From assembly GCA_034780895.1 (NCBI GenBank), contig JAUZTB010000033.1, positions 19,742,428-19,806,427 on the forward strand: a DNA stretch of 64,000 bases. The letters are read 5' to 3'. Origin of the DNA: Rhynchobatus australiae (Eukaryota). Below, piece after piece: positions 37,200-50,370 of this stretch; positions within the stretch are counted from its first letter, which is position 1, and the number at the start of each line of letters is the position of its first letter. A program made the position numbers and the translations under genes. Under the pieces are notes generated by a model. The model was not told the origin of the DNA. It saw nothing but the letters and a program-made list of their open reading frames with translations, and did no database searches.

Positions 37200-39100
37200 C
37201 CTTGAGGTGATATGGTGGTATTGTGACTGGATGGAACAGTCCTGAGTGTCCTCAACTGACCAGACATTATGAAGTCACATAACATCAGGTCAGCAAGCAG
37301 ACCTCTTCCTGATTACCATATACCATCCCCTCTCATTGCTGACTCAGAGCTCCCCATGTTGAACCCACTTGGAAGAATCACTAAGTGGACTAAGGGCATA
37401 GAAGGTAGTGTGGGTGATAAGCATCAGTGGCCGTCACAAGCTGGCTGTGTCCTGAAACACATAGGCAAAGTCTGCAGCAGGTAGTGAACAAACCAATACA
37501 AGGGATAAAACCGTTTGACCTTGTTGTCACTAACCTATTGGTAGCAGGTCCATCTGTCCATGACACTATTGGTGGGAATGACCACTGTACAGTCTTCGTG
37601 GAGGCAAAAGTCCTCTCTTTACATAATGACACCCTTCATCATGCTGTGTGACACAACCATTGTGATAAATGGAAGACTGAAAAAGTACCTGGCAGCTCAA
37701 AACTGTGCAACAATAATGCGCTATGGCCGGAGCAGAATATATATAGCAGGAGCAGAAATATACTCCATCACAACTGTAGTCTTACCGCCCAGCATATTCC
37801 TCATTTTACCATTATAGTCGGGCCAGGGTACCAACCATGGTTTAATGGGGAATGTAGAAGGTTATGCAAAAGCAGCATCAGATGTACCAAAAAAGAAATG
37901 CCAACTTGACGAATCTGCAACACGGAAGTCAATTGGCATCAAGAGGAAAAGACTCTATGACTGGAGTCACAGCTCACACAAAAGGGAGTAGTCATGTTTG
38001 TTGGAAGTTAATTGTTCCAGCACCAGGTCGTCACTGTAAGAGTTCTTCAAGGCAGAGTCCTAGCTTCAACCATGTTTGGTTCCTTAATCAATAATCTTCC
38101 TTCCATCACAAAGTCAGCACAGGCACGTACAGAGGACGTCAAAAAGCTCAATTCCATTTGAAACTCCTCTGAAAATGAAGCAGAATGTACCTGTTTGTAG
38201 GAAGTCAAGGCAGCATTCTAATATGCAATAAAAAACAGAAAATGCTGGGAACTCATCAGATCAAGCAGCATCTGTGGAAAGAGAAACAGAGTTAATGTTT
38301 CAGGTCAAAGACTCAGACAAAGGATCTTTGACCTGAAATTCTAACTCTGCTTCTCTTCTCACAGATGGTGCCTGACCTGTTGAGTTTTTCGAGCCTTTTC
38401 TGTTTTTATTTTAGATTTTCAGCATCTGCAGTTTGTTTGATTTACATACCAATAAGGGCTGATAAGTGGCTCATGAAATTTGTGTCACATTAGTACGAGG
38501 CAATAACCATCTCCAACAAGGGTGCGTCTAATCACATTCCCTTGACAATCAATAAGGGTGTGACCACGGCAGGGCCACCTACCATTAACAAGTTGTAAGT
38601 GACCATTGACCAAAAACATACATGGACCAGCCATATAAAAGCAGTGGCTACAAGAGGAAGTCAAAAGCTGGGTACCCTGAGAAGATGACCCATCATCAGA
38701 CTGTCAAAACCTTATTACCATGAACAAGGCACAAGTGTGTGATGTAATACTCTCCACTGCTTTGGTGGATCAGTTTCAATAGCATTCAAGAAACTCAACG
38801 CCTTAAGGGACCAAGCAGCTCTCTAGATTAACACTCCATCCAGCACTTGAACATTCATTCTTTCCACCACCAGCACACAGTAATTACAGTGCATACCATC
38901 AATAAGATACACTGCAGTTATTAACTTAGGCCATTCCAAAAATACATCCCATTCCCACAACCTCTACCAAGGGCAGCAGCCACATTGGAACACTACCACC
39001 TCCACACATTCTATTCCGACTCTTTGTTCTTTGGTGTTATTGAGTCTAAATCCTGGCTTTCTCGCCCCAGTAACATTGTGGAGGTATCAACACCATATTT
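37200..39100 (+). mobile_element. Heavily degraded non-LTR retrotransposon (endonuclease to 3' end), interrupted by a palindromic element
   Basis: LQQVVNKPIQG..FDLVVTN...VHDTIGGNDH matches the APE endonuclease C-terminal SDH motif. PWFN follows. Confidence 0.6.
38230..38440. mobile_element. Palindromic MITE-like interspersed element
   Basis: The arms AAACAGAAAATGCT...AGCATCTGTGGAAAGAGAAACAGAGTTAATGTTTCAGGTCAAAGA and TCTTTGACCTGAAATTCTAACTCTGCTTCTCTTCTCACAGATG...TTTTCTGTTT are reverse complements. A second full copy is at 61660-61870. Confidence 0.8.
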
Positions 39101-39124
39101 TCTGGGTTGAAGAATTGATATTAA

Positions 39125-40415
39125 GATAGAATCTACCTGTATTTGGAAAGGCAAGGATTGATTAGGGATACTCATTGTGGCTTTGCGTGTGGAAAATCAT
39201 GCCTCACCAATTTGATTGAGTTAGTTGAACAGGTAATCAAGAAGATTGATGAGGGCAAGGTAGTAGACATTGTCTACATGGATATTAACAAGACCTTTAA
39301 CATGGTCCTGCATGGTAGGCTGGTCTGGAAGGTTAGATTCCAAGGGATACAGGGTGAGCTTGCCAATTGGATACAAAATTAGCTTGGTGGTAAGTATTAG
39401 AGAGTGGTAGTCGAGGGTTGTTTTTCAGATTGGAGACCTGTGACCAATGGTGTGCCACAGGGATTAGTGGTGGGTATAACTGTGTGCCTCATCTGTATTA
39501 ATGATTTGGATGAGAATGTCGTTGGCATGGTTAGCAATTTTGCGGATGACACCAAAATCGGTGGTATAGTGGACAGTGAAGAAGGATATCTATGATTACA
39601 CAGGACCTAGAGCTACTGGGACAGTGGACCAAGGGACAGCAGATGGAATTTAACTCGGACAAGTATGAAGTGTTGCATTTTGGGAAGTTAAACCAGGGCA
39701 GGACTTGCATAGTAAATGGCAGGGCCCTAGAGGGTAGGGGTACAAGTACATAGTTCCCTGAAAGTGGTGACACACGTAGGCAGGGTGGTGAAGAAGGCAT
39801 TTGGCATGGTTAGGGCACTGAGTACAAGAGTTAGGATGTCATGTTACAGCTGAACAAGATATTGGTGAGAACCTACTTGGAACACTGTGCGCATTTCTGG
39901 TTACCAGTTGTAGGAAGGATGTAACTAAGCTGGAAATGGTGCAGAAAATATTCATTAGGATGCTACCGGGACTGGAGGGCTTGAGTTATAAGGAGAGACT
40001 GGATAGGCTGGGGCTTTTTGCCCTGGAGTGTAGGAGTCTGAGTGGTGACCTTATGGAGATATATAAAATCATGAGGGGCATAGATAAAGGGAATGGTCAC
40101 AGGCTTTTTCCCAGGGCATAGGATCCTAAAACTAGAAGGCATAGGTTTAGGTGAGTGTGGAAAGATTTGAAGGGAACCTGAGGGATAAGTTTTCCACACA
40201 GAGGGCAGTAGGTATATGGAAATAGCAGCCAGAGGAAGTGGTAGCGGTGTGTATAAATACAATGTTTAGAAGACATTTAGACAGGTACATGGAAAGGAAA
40301 GGTTTAGAGGGATATGGGCCAAACACAGGAAAATAGGATTAGATCAGGTAGACAACTTGGCCAGCATGAACGAGTTGGGCCAAAGGGCCTGTTTCTATGC
40401 TGTATAACTATGACT
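39125..40415 (+). mobile_element. CR1-type LINE, 5'-truncated (RT domain to tail)
   Basis: GKSCLTNLIE, VDIVYMD, VTNGVPQG, FADDTKIGG, YKERLDRLGLF; tail ...CTATGACTCT. Confidence 0.95.
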
Positions 40416-41469
40416 CTTTTTCAAGTTTCTTTCTAACATAGATTCCAAATAGATAAAGCCACGCTGAATGGCTATAAGTAGCACAATGCAAATTTAACTT
40501 TTTTCTCAGTTACCATGTGAAACATAGTGAGATTATGGCAGATTTTAATGTAATGTTTCTTACATGCATGAAACTGCAACTTCTGAAATATAGCCTTACA
40601 ACTCACATGATACTTCAATGTTTCTGTAGCCATGGACATCTGTGATACCATAAATGATTTAAGACAATTTACATTGAATCTGAACCCAGCAGCTTTATCA
40701 CATAAGATCCACTTAGAAATCTTGCACAAGGGTTTGCCTTACCTTTAATGAGACCAGAAACTTCATACTTATGATTTTCTTAAAGGAATTAAAAAAGCAA
40801 CTCAGTCTGGATGCAAAGCCTACATGATGTGACTTCAACCAATTCATTCAAGGACACAAGAGTTTTTTTATGCGCAAAGCAGAATCATAACAACATTTGC
40901 ATATAGAACACACAGTATTCTTACCAAAGCATCAGTACACTCTAAATCACGTCCTTAGTTGATGGTAAGGTCAGTGGAATTTCACTGTTTGGGAGGGATA
41001 TTTTATGTCAATTTAAATCAAACATAAGATTCTTAGTGTTTTAAGTGGTAAAAACATTTTGCTTCAGAGTTGGACATTATTTGGGAATATCTGATGTTTG
41101 AAACTTTCTCCCATTTTTTTTGTATAACTTTATGAGTCAATATTCATTAATCATCAGATAAATATGAAATTTCTGTTATAGACTTTTTCAAAATAATAAT
41201 GATTTTTCTACCAAATTTTAATTATTTCTTATTTCTTGCCTCTTCTCTTTTGTTTCCATGTATTGTTCACTCACTCTAAGTGAGACCCATCTTTGCAAAT
41301 ATCATTTTGCCAGCAGATAGGAAATAGGGGAAAACAACCCTGTGGTATTTCTACAGTTGTACAGGTAAGACCCAAAGCTTGAGCATGGCGTTTATTCTGC
41401 ATACACAGGAGTGTGCAGTAATAGGCCATTTACACACCCACCGTGATCCCTGGCCCTAGCCTCTGCCAC

Positions 41470-41880
41470 TATTTATTCATTTAACAACATACGCCTGCCG
41501 GTTTTCTACTTCCCTCAACACCTTTATTTATCAACAATCTGTCAATCTTAAATTTAAAATTTATTATTAACGTAGCATTATTTGCCACTTGTGGAGCAGA
41601 ATTCCAAATTTCTTCCACCCTCTACATATTGAAATGCGTCTTAACTTCACTGTTAAAAGCCTGCTTCTAGTTTTTAGACCATTACCTCTGTTCCTGACTT
41701 CCCAAACAGCAGTAATAGTTTCTCTATCCACCCTGTTTCCCTTAATCTTTTGAAAACTTTTGTCTTATTATCACGTAACCTCTTCCAAGGAATACAAGGC
41801 TAATTTCTTTAATTTTGCTTCATAATTTAACCTCTGAGGTCCAGGTATCATTCTGGTAAATCTATGCATTCTCTACAGCT
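41470..41880 (-). mobile_element. Old CR1 3' fragment
   Basis: Reverse-complement similarity to the CR1 3' region (CCAGGTATCATTCTGGTAAATCT). Confidence 0.5.
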
Positions 41881-44800
41881 TGTTGTGTACTTTCAACCAT
41901 GTATGGAAAATTTGTAGTGGTAGATGGATATATTACATTCTACAATGGATTTTTTTAGAGTCATCTAGAGTCAGATGCAAGGCATCTCAATAGTTAGAAG
42001 TGCTTTATACTTCAATGTTACTTTTCTGTATATAAGGTGTTATGAGTGAAAAGGAAACAAGTCCAAGGTCTTGAAAGTAAAGGGCTCTAAACACAGTCTG
42101 ACGATGAAGGGCTTTATTCTCAAAGACAAATCAGGGAAAATGGTAATGGGGATAACACACGCACACACACACGCACACACACACACAGACGTGCGCACAG
42201 TTGATGGCAAGTGTGGGGAAATCACAACAAGGGTAAAATACACACACACAAATAACAAAGTACATACATTCAAGTACATACAGACAAACAAAACTAAAAA
42301 AGATTTAATCTCGGATTCAGTTTTCCTCAGCTTGGGCAGCAGTAGAGGCAATAATTAATTGCAGTATCCCTGATGTAGCAGAGGGAAAATATGCCACTTG
42401 CTATCCTGCGACCCCTGCAATGCATTTTTTTTTCAATATGAACAGAAGATCAGGCTCATCAATGACGTTGTTTGTGATTAAGTTGTCTATTGGTTACCTA
42501 CTGATTAATTAAGTAGGATTCCTGCCTATTGAGATGCATGCCAGCAAGGAAGTAAAACAAGGAATGGTTCTGATGAAAACTGGAACAAAAAAGTCTTCAG
42601 TCATAAGCGCATCATAGAATTTTGCCACTGTGGTGAGACTGATATTTGTTGCAAAGAAGAAAAACATTTTTATTCCTAAAACAGCCATGTCTCCTTAAAT
42701 GAGCAAAGTATTCATTGAAAAATATAATTAATGATTGACAAATTAAGTAGCAGTGCACAAAATTTTAAATGACAACAGGTTATGTTTGCTAATATTATGG
42801 GCTTTTGACATTATAAACATTTAGTAGTTCACAGTATTCTTTTTCTCTGCTTTTTCTAACTCAATAATCCAGATCATATAACATAAAAACCAATACTCAC
42901 TTGTTGCAATGATAATGAATAAAAAGTGAANNNNNNNNNNNNNNNNNNNNNNNNNNNNNNNNNNNNNNNNNNNNNNNNNNNNNNNNNNNNNNNNNNNNNN
43001 NNNNNNNNNNNNNNNNNNNNNNNNNNNNNNGAACTGGAATCCCATCCTCTTCATGTTGGTATGAAAAAGCCTTCTTGTTGGACTAAATTGTCAAAGCATT
43101 TGTAAATATCTGCACAAGATCTTAAACATCACAAGATGTTATGGATTGCCCTTTAAATCAAGACTGCTTTTTAACTGAGCACCCTTTCACTTCATTGCTT
43201 ATAACAATTTCGCACAAGAAATCCTTTTTACCATGTGTTAAAATACTCTGAATAAAATGTAATATACAAACTAATTGATCACTATTCTGCCCATTTTTTT
43301 CACATATTCATTGCTATTCATTTTTGCAATGGACTTCAGATTGGTTGCAGATCTTGCAAAGCAGCAGCTGGATATAGAAAAAAATCTATAAATAGCTCAA
43401 TAGCGCACCAAGCAGTGTACACCAAGATAGAACAAAACTAAGCTGATGTTACAAGAAAACCGGTAGATAATACCATAATTGATTCACAGAATGCTGCTGA
43501 GGCAAGATGTGTGCAACTATTGAGAAACATAGGTGGAACTTAGTAAAATTGTTTTCATATAAATGAATATTTTATGCTTTGAAGCATCACAGCAGTAATA
43601 AGATGAAGGTGTTTTTCTCTGATAAATGAATTGCATGAATAGGTAAATAAATGCAGCAACTTTGTATTAACAGTGATTCTGGAGAATATTTGGTAATAAT
43701 GTATATTATTTATTTAACTGCACAATCTATTTAACTTAATTTTACATTTTTGTAAATGTAGTATTAAATAATTTCAGTTCCATATCGACTTCAAATACTT
43801 AACAACACCACAAATAAACAACGTTATAGGGATAGGTTATGAGAATCCATTTAAATTTAATGTCATCCAATCATAGTTATAAGGGTGTTGCATTTCACAA
43901 GATAGGTACTTTAGACTGGCTGAATTTGATACTTACAAGGAGAGAGTATTGAGGTGGAGGAAGGTTCAAGTTTAGGGGTTCAGAAGAGGAAATTTGCTTC
44001 CCAGAGATTCCCCTGAAATTATTTTGTAGTATTTTCCTGCCCAACAAGCCATTTGATGGAAGGTGATCAAACTGTTGCTCAGGAAAGGCTATGGCAAAAG
44101 GGTGCAACAAAGGACCGTAGAGAAGAAAGAACTTGTGGAAAGTGCTGACCACATAAAGGTTGTTGTGGGTTGCATTCATAGTGTAGAGATTGCAGTTGGG
44201 AGACACAAGAGACCGCGGATGCTGGAATCTGGAGCAACAGACAAAAAACTGGAGGAATTCAGCAGGTCAGGCAGNNNNNNNNNNNNNNNNNNNNNNNNNN
44301 NNNNNNNNNNNNNNNNNNNNNNNNNNNNNNNNNNNNNNNNNNNNNNNNNNNNNNNNNNNNNNNNNNNNNNNNNNTGCACAGCACCCTGATTTGGAAATAT
44401 ATCACTGTTCCTTCACAGTTGCTAGGTTTAAGTCCTTGAACTTCCTACCTAACAGCACTGTGGATGCACCTCCAACATAAAGACCGTAGCAGTTCAAGCT
44501 TGCCACCACATTCTCAAGTGCATTCAGGGATGGGCAAGTAATGCTGACATTGGCAGTGATGCCCACTGTGTTTGGCATGTATTTAACAGCGAGTTTATGG
44601 TAGCTTTATGTGTTGCTATCCACTCACAAGATTAAGTCTCTGCTGAGGTGATAACACAAAATAACATAAGAAGTGTAAGCAGGCAAAAGCCAAAGAGGTC
44701 CTTCGAACCTGCTCCACCATTCTTCGAGATCATGGGCTGATGTGCTACCTCACATCCGTTTCCTGCTCTGCCTCCAGTGAACACTGCGGATAGAGCCAGC

Positions 44801-45419
44801 CCCCTGCATATAAGGAAGCTGATGTGCCCCCTGCATTGGAAGCACATCAAACCGCTGTGGATTAATTGAGCTTTGTGATCCCAATTTTCGATTATATCTG
44901 ACTTAGCCTATCCGTATCAGCTCAAGCCCAGCTGGCTGGGAACATATTGGAAGCAGTTTTCAGCTTACCTTGTCAATGCTTCCACATTTGAGTCACTGAC
45001 AGACAATCTAACTGCTAACATATTGATGTTTATGCCAGCCACTGCAAACAAGTCATTCTATCTCTTGGGGGTATTGTGGCAATGATGACACTGCCCTTTA
45101 ATACGACTGGTAAAATGACTGTAGCTGTAAACGGTTTATGCACGATGGAAAAAAGCAAACACTAATTACATCTTAATTCATAATTAATGCAGATTAAGGG
45201 TCCCATAAGAGGGTGTAATTATGGATTTTAAAAAGTTTTCAAATAAGATCAGTTAATACAGATTAACTAGTCAGAGACATCATCATATTTCCCGGGGTTT
45301 AAGATAACAGCAATAAAAGAGCAAAATGTACCCAGCCTTCTGTGCATGCTCTATAAACGGCTTTCACTTCAGTCTTCTGCATTCTCACCACAAATTGTTG
45401 TACACCTCTCCTGCAGGTC

Positions 45420-45810
45420 CCACTTGGTAAAACTGAGCACAAAATTCTAGGCGGACATTCCCAGTGCAGTACTGAAGGAACACTGCACTGTCTGATGAAA
45501 TATCTTTCAAATGGGGTTTAAACCAAAGTCCCTCTGGCGGACATATGTGATCCCATCAAACTATTTCAAAGAGCACCAGGGAAGCTTTTTCTGGTGTTTT
45601 GACGAATATTTGTTGTTCAAACGACATCACTAAAACAGACTACCTCATAATTTTCGCATTGCTGCTTGTGGGAGCTTACTATGTGATTGCTGGCTCCTGG
45701 TCTTCCTGGTGCATTCCTACAGTAGTGATAGAATTATAAATGAGCTTCACTGATGAAAAGGCATTTTGGAGTGAACAAAGATTATGAAAAGTGTTGCAGA
45801 TGTGCAAATA
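45420..45810 (+). mobile_element. SacSINE1/DeuSINE-like element
   Basis: CCCAGTGCAGTACTGAAGGAACACTGCACTGTC...GATCCCAT..ACTATTTCAAAGAG...GCTGCTTGTGGGAGCTT, resembling the Deu-domain SINEs described from dogfish. Recognised from memory, not aligned. Confidence 0.6.
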
Positions 45811-46447
45811 TCTCATTGTTTTTCATTAACTTGTCCCACTAAAAATCAAAATCAGTCCCTGATGGAGGGTCTTCCACCTGAAAAGTTAGCTGTGGTTTCA
45901 GCATTTTCTGTTTTTAATTCATCCTAATAGCCATTACTCAAGAGAGAACAAAGTGGGCATTGAGAAATGGTGTAAGGCTCTTCCATTTCTGTTCCCCACA
46001 CCCTACCATGCCCTTTTAACAAACAAAACAGTTCTACTGAAGGGTGCCAACAGAAAACATTATTTCACCATTCCCTTTCCAGCACCGTAACGTATATGGT
46101 GCATCGGGTGTGGCACGCAGGGTGACTTTAATACTCGGTTGTCCTAGCTACTACTTATTTGAGTTTATTGGCTTCAATAAAGGATGTTATGTTGCTAAGT
46201 TGCTCTATGATTTGTCTGAGCAAGCTGCAACTCTAAGGCCCGCAGATATGCTAAATGACTCGCCGTGTATTTCCAATGTTTCCTGCTATTTTTTCAAGGT
46301 ATCAGTCTTTTGAATATTGTCTTTTTATACAATAAAGTTTCTGTTTCCTCCATAGAGACAACTTCACTTACCTCCTTGTCCCACTTAAAGCTTAGGAGCC
46401 AATTTCATTGTTGTCCTGATTGTAGAATAACAATTTGTGTTTGCTTC

Positions 46448-46536
<89 letters not shown>

Positions 46537-46600
46537 TTGAGAGTGTGTCTACTTGTGTGTTGTGTGTATATGCATTTGTGAGTGCGTGTGTGTGTGTGTG
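46448..46600. repeat. Compound (GT)n/(TA)n/(CA)n microsatellite
   Basis: Seen directly. Confidence 0.97.
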
Positions 46601-47129
46601 GGTTTGTGTGTTATTTTGACTGCATTTGCAGGCAGCCAGCCACTGTTACCTGGGCAGAAAAAAACAAATTTTGCTTCCACTCATATTTTCCAGTAAAAAC
46701 ATCACAGCCTGGACTCAGGGGGCTGTTATTCAACTTTTTGCTTTGTTTTGCTTGTCACACCACACAAAGTGCAGATCTCCGGCAAGGGGCGATGAAGGCC
46801 ACTGTTTGCAGACTCCACTTGTGGCAAACAGACCAGCGCTCAGGCCAAACCTCATTTGGATTTAGATTGGCAATCAAAAATATTTAAGACAAAACTTGCA
46901 ATTAAATAATTCCACTGCATTATTTTCCTATTTGATTAAATGCTGCAGAATGTGGTGATAAATTAGGCAGTGGCCAAATTAATTTGTTTCAGGCACCAAG
47001 TCTTGTTGTCCCAACTTTGCCAGAAAACTTTCATATCTTGATTAAAGACCGTTGAATCAAACGTCAGGAGATCAGCAACACTCCTGAGTTTCACTCCCAC
47101 TTCATATTTCTCATATTTCCTTTTGACGT

Positions 47130-47420
47130 AAAAGAAAGCCATTTAGCCCATTGAGTCCAACCTGTTCTCAGAAAAAACCCATCAGTTCCACTCCACTTTT
47201 TTCCCTGCAACCACTTTTCTCACATGTCCACCAACTCCTCCCGGATTTCACTACCACCCCTCTGCAACAAGGAATAATTTGGGATGCAGGAGAAAACCCA
47301 GGGAAACCAATGAGGGAAACCATACTAAACTCTGCCTGGACAGCACCAATGATCCAGATCAAACCTAGTCGCTGGAGCTGTGAGACAACAGCACTACCTG
47401 CTGTGCCACAATGCCACTCA
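47130..47420 (-). mobile_element. HE1/V-SINE-like SINE
   Basis: The reverse complement begins GTGGCACAGCAGGTAGTGCTGTTGTCTCACAGCTCCAGCGAC (tRNA-like head), followed by a V-like core. Confidence 0.65.
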
Positions 47421-47819
47421 CTTGGAGTGTGGGACAATGTGAATAAAGGGCGTCACCTCTGAATTTGCTGTCTTCCCACTGAGTCCAAGTAATAAGCTGA
47501 GGGAAAGTAGTCCAACATTTTTGCTCTGCATTCACCCGAGCACTGTGTATCTTCCTCACTTAAGTCCCACTTACTGTTTGGTGAAAGCCCACCAACACAA
47601 GGTGAGGAATATATTTGGGCCTAATGAGCATCACGGTAGGGGCTCTCAATCAGGAAAGATCCAGTGCAAAGGAGGCAAAGAATTCTTTGTGGAGCCTGAG
47701 GATTATGTGCTGCTTCCCCTGCCCATCCATCCCTCCACCCTCACTAGATTACCAGCTTACCCAAAGTCAACCTGTTCACTATCAGTGACAGCTCTGGTCA
47801 TCAAAAACAATGGAGTTAT

Positions 47820-48020
47820 AAGATAAGATACGATATCTTTATTAGTCACGTGTATATCGAAACACACAGTGAAATGTATCTTTTGCGTAGTGTTCTGGGG
47901 GCAGTCCGCAAGAGTCGCCACACTTCTGGCGCCAACATAGCATGCCCAAAACTCCTAACCTGTACATCTTTTGGAATGCGGGAGGAAACCAGAGCACCTG
48001 GAGGAAACCCATGCAACAGA
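47820..48020 (-). mobile_element. SINE 3' portion with (TCTTA)n tail
   Basis: Near-identical inverted copy of 51720-51925. A tail fragment also occurs at 52770-52830. Confidence 0.75.
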
Positions 48021-49914
48021 CAGTGCTGACAAGATCTGCAAATGGGGGGTCTGAATGGTGGAGGAAGCACCGGACTGATAAGTCTGGATATTGTTTCTTT
48101 TACAAATAGAGGGAATAAAAATAAGAAATGGTTTGGAAAGATTAATCTGGAATCAAATAGTGGGAATGGAGAAAGGAAGCAGAGGTTGAAATTAGCAAAG
48201 TGGTTTGAGGCCTGAGGTTTTTCCATTGTACTGGAGTACTGAATTACCAAGCAGACTGAGCAATGCGGAAAGAGTGGAGTTGTTCTGGATGAACGAAACT
48301 TCGTCTCCATCTGTAAGTATCTGGTGGTGCTCCACTGAAGTTACATTAGGAGATCAGTGGAACACACGTGGAAAATCTGAATCGGTGTTGTTAAAAGAAG
48401 AACTTAGTGCGCAGTTTGCAACTTCATGAGTTTCCATCCCATATGTTGGCTTGCATATCTGTTGAGAACAAACATGAATCATATTGTTGTCGATGCATTC
48501 ACTCAGTGATCTTTTGTTTCACAGATCGGTTTGATCATTAAAAACAAATTTCAGCAGCTTTTTGGAGACAGAGGTAAATTTGTGTGGAGCCGTCATAACC
48601 ACAGTCACCAAAAGAGAGGCTGTGTGTTCTCTGTTCCAGCCTTGCCACAGGAAAATTGGCATTGCACATGACCATAAAAGAATATTGTGTTCCATCAGGA
48701 TGATTCCAGAAGATGGGCTAGTTGTTAGCACCAGTGAGGATAACCTTCAACAATAACAACCTTCATGTTGTTAGGAGTTAAGCTTTATTCGGTGTAGTAA
48801 TCCAAAGTACAGCAGTGAAAGATGTTCAAAAGACCCAACAAGTTAACCAACTCCCTAAATACCTGTCTTTCCAAAAATGAGAAAAAAAATTTCATTAGCT
48901 GCTAAATTCTACTCTTTAAATCCTACTTTTGGTCTGTGTCTATTAACGGGACTTCCTGTCCACGGTGATCTCCCCAGCACCTTTCAATTCTCTTTTCCCC
49001 ATGGGTAAACTCAATCATTTCCCGGTGCAACCTATGGCCAAGATACAAAAATGTCTGCTTTGCCTGATTCTCAGTTCCATATCATAAAGGGCAGTTCCTC
49101 CCTCCCACTCCTCTTTCCCCTGCCGCTTCCTGCCTCTTTGACTTCTCCTTAAAAGCACTGATCCCATTCCCTCATATATCTTGGAGCCGGCATCAACATA
49201 GACAGGTTCAAGGTTCCAGTCACTTGGTATTAAGAAGAAATAACCAGCAACAAAGAAAGAAATGGAAAAATCTGTTCCATTTGCTCTGAATTTGCTGGGG
49301 CTTTGCTTTGGGGGTTAATTTGAACAGTAACACATCGATCGGCAGGACAATCAAAGAAATGTGTTTTGAAACACCAGATGAAAACATCATGGCAGCCAAT
49401 AAGCAGCCCTTTGATGGGACATGCTAGATCCAGGGCTATCCATTACATCACCTTCATTCCATTTAGAAATAGTGCTGGCTCTGATTTTCAGTTCCAGACG
49501 GCGATCTCATCTCATACTAAACCATTTCTGTCCAGCACTGGACTGTCGATGAAAACGTCCCCTGGTATTACTTAACATCTTCCCTCCACATCTTCCTCTG
49601 GGGCCCCTGCCCCTTCTGTGGCACCCGTCACCTGTAGCAGTCCATCTTTGGATAGTGGGGAAAGGGAAAGGTATTTGGCAGCACTCAGACAGTGATGGGA
49701 GACAATACAGGCGGATCCCACTGGAAATCCACATGTGCCTAATTATTAGGTGGCAGGTTGCCTAGATTCCAATGGGGAGCATGATCTCTGGCTGTTTTCC
49801 AATCTTGCTGAAACCCAGGGTACTGAGCCCAATTTTTGCATCTGTTCTGGTGCCCCAGTAAGCCACTAAATGCTGAACCTGGACTTTGTAGATGATCTGC
49901 AAATGCCCGATAAT

Positions 49915-50330
49915 GGAAAGACTTACATTTGTTTAGTACCTTTCAGCACCACCAGAACTTTACAACTGCTGCAGTCCCTTTCTTTGAAGTGTTGTCGCAG
50001 CTATTAATGGAGTGGTACATTGAATCCAGTTGTGCACAGTAAGGCCCCACAACAAGCAATGCTGTTTTTGACATGTTGGTTGTGAACTCCCAAGACATGA
50101 GGGGAACTTTCTATAGCACACTTTCAAATGGCTCCACAGGATCTTAAAACTGAGAGAGGGGACATAACCTCAGTTTCACTTCTGAGAAACGGTGCTTCTG
50201 GCAATTCAGCACTTGTTCAGTGCAGCACTGAAGTGTCAGTGTGGATATGTGCTCAAGTCTGCAGAATGGGATTTGAACACACAAACTTCAGACTCACTGA
50301 CAAAGGTCCAAACATTGAGCTAGGCTGATA
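49915..50330 (-). mobile_element. SacSINE1/DeuSINE-like element
   Basis: Reverse-complement similarity to 45420-45810; tRNA-like B box GTTCAAATCCC at the 5' end. Confidence 0.55.
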
Positions 50331-50335
50331 TCATT

Positions 50336-50337
<2 letters not shown>

Positions 50338-50367
<30 letters not shown>
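50338..50367. repeat. (GT)n microsatellite
   Basis: Seen directly. Confidence 0.97.

Positions 50368-50370
<3 letters not shown>

Noticed and set aside
46895-46960. TAAATGCTGCAGAAT resembling fish miR-734-3p
   Set aside because: The upstream sequence does not provide a well-pairing 5p arm.
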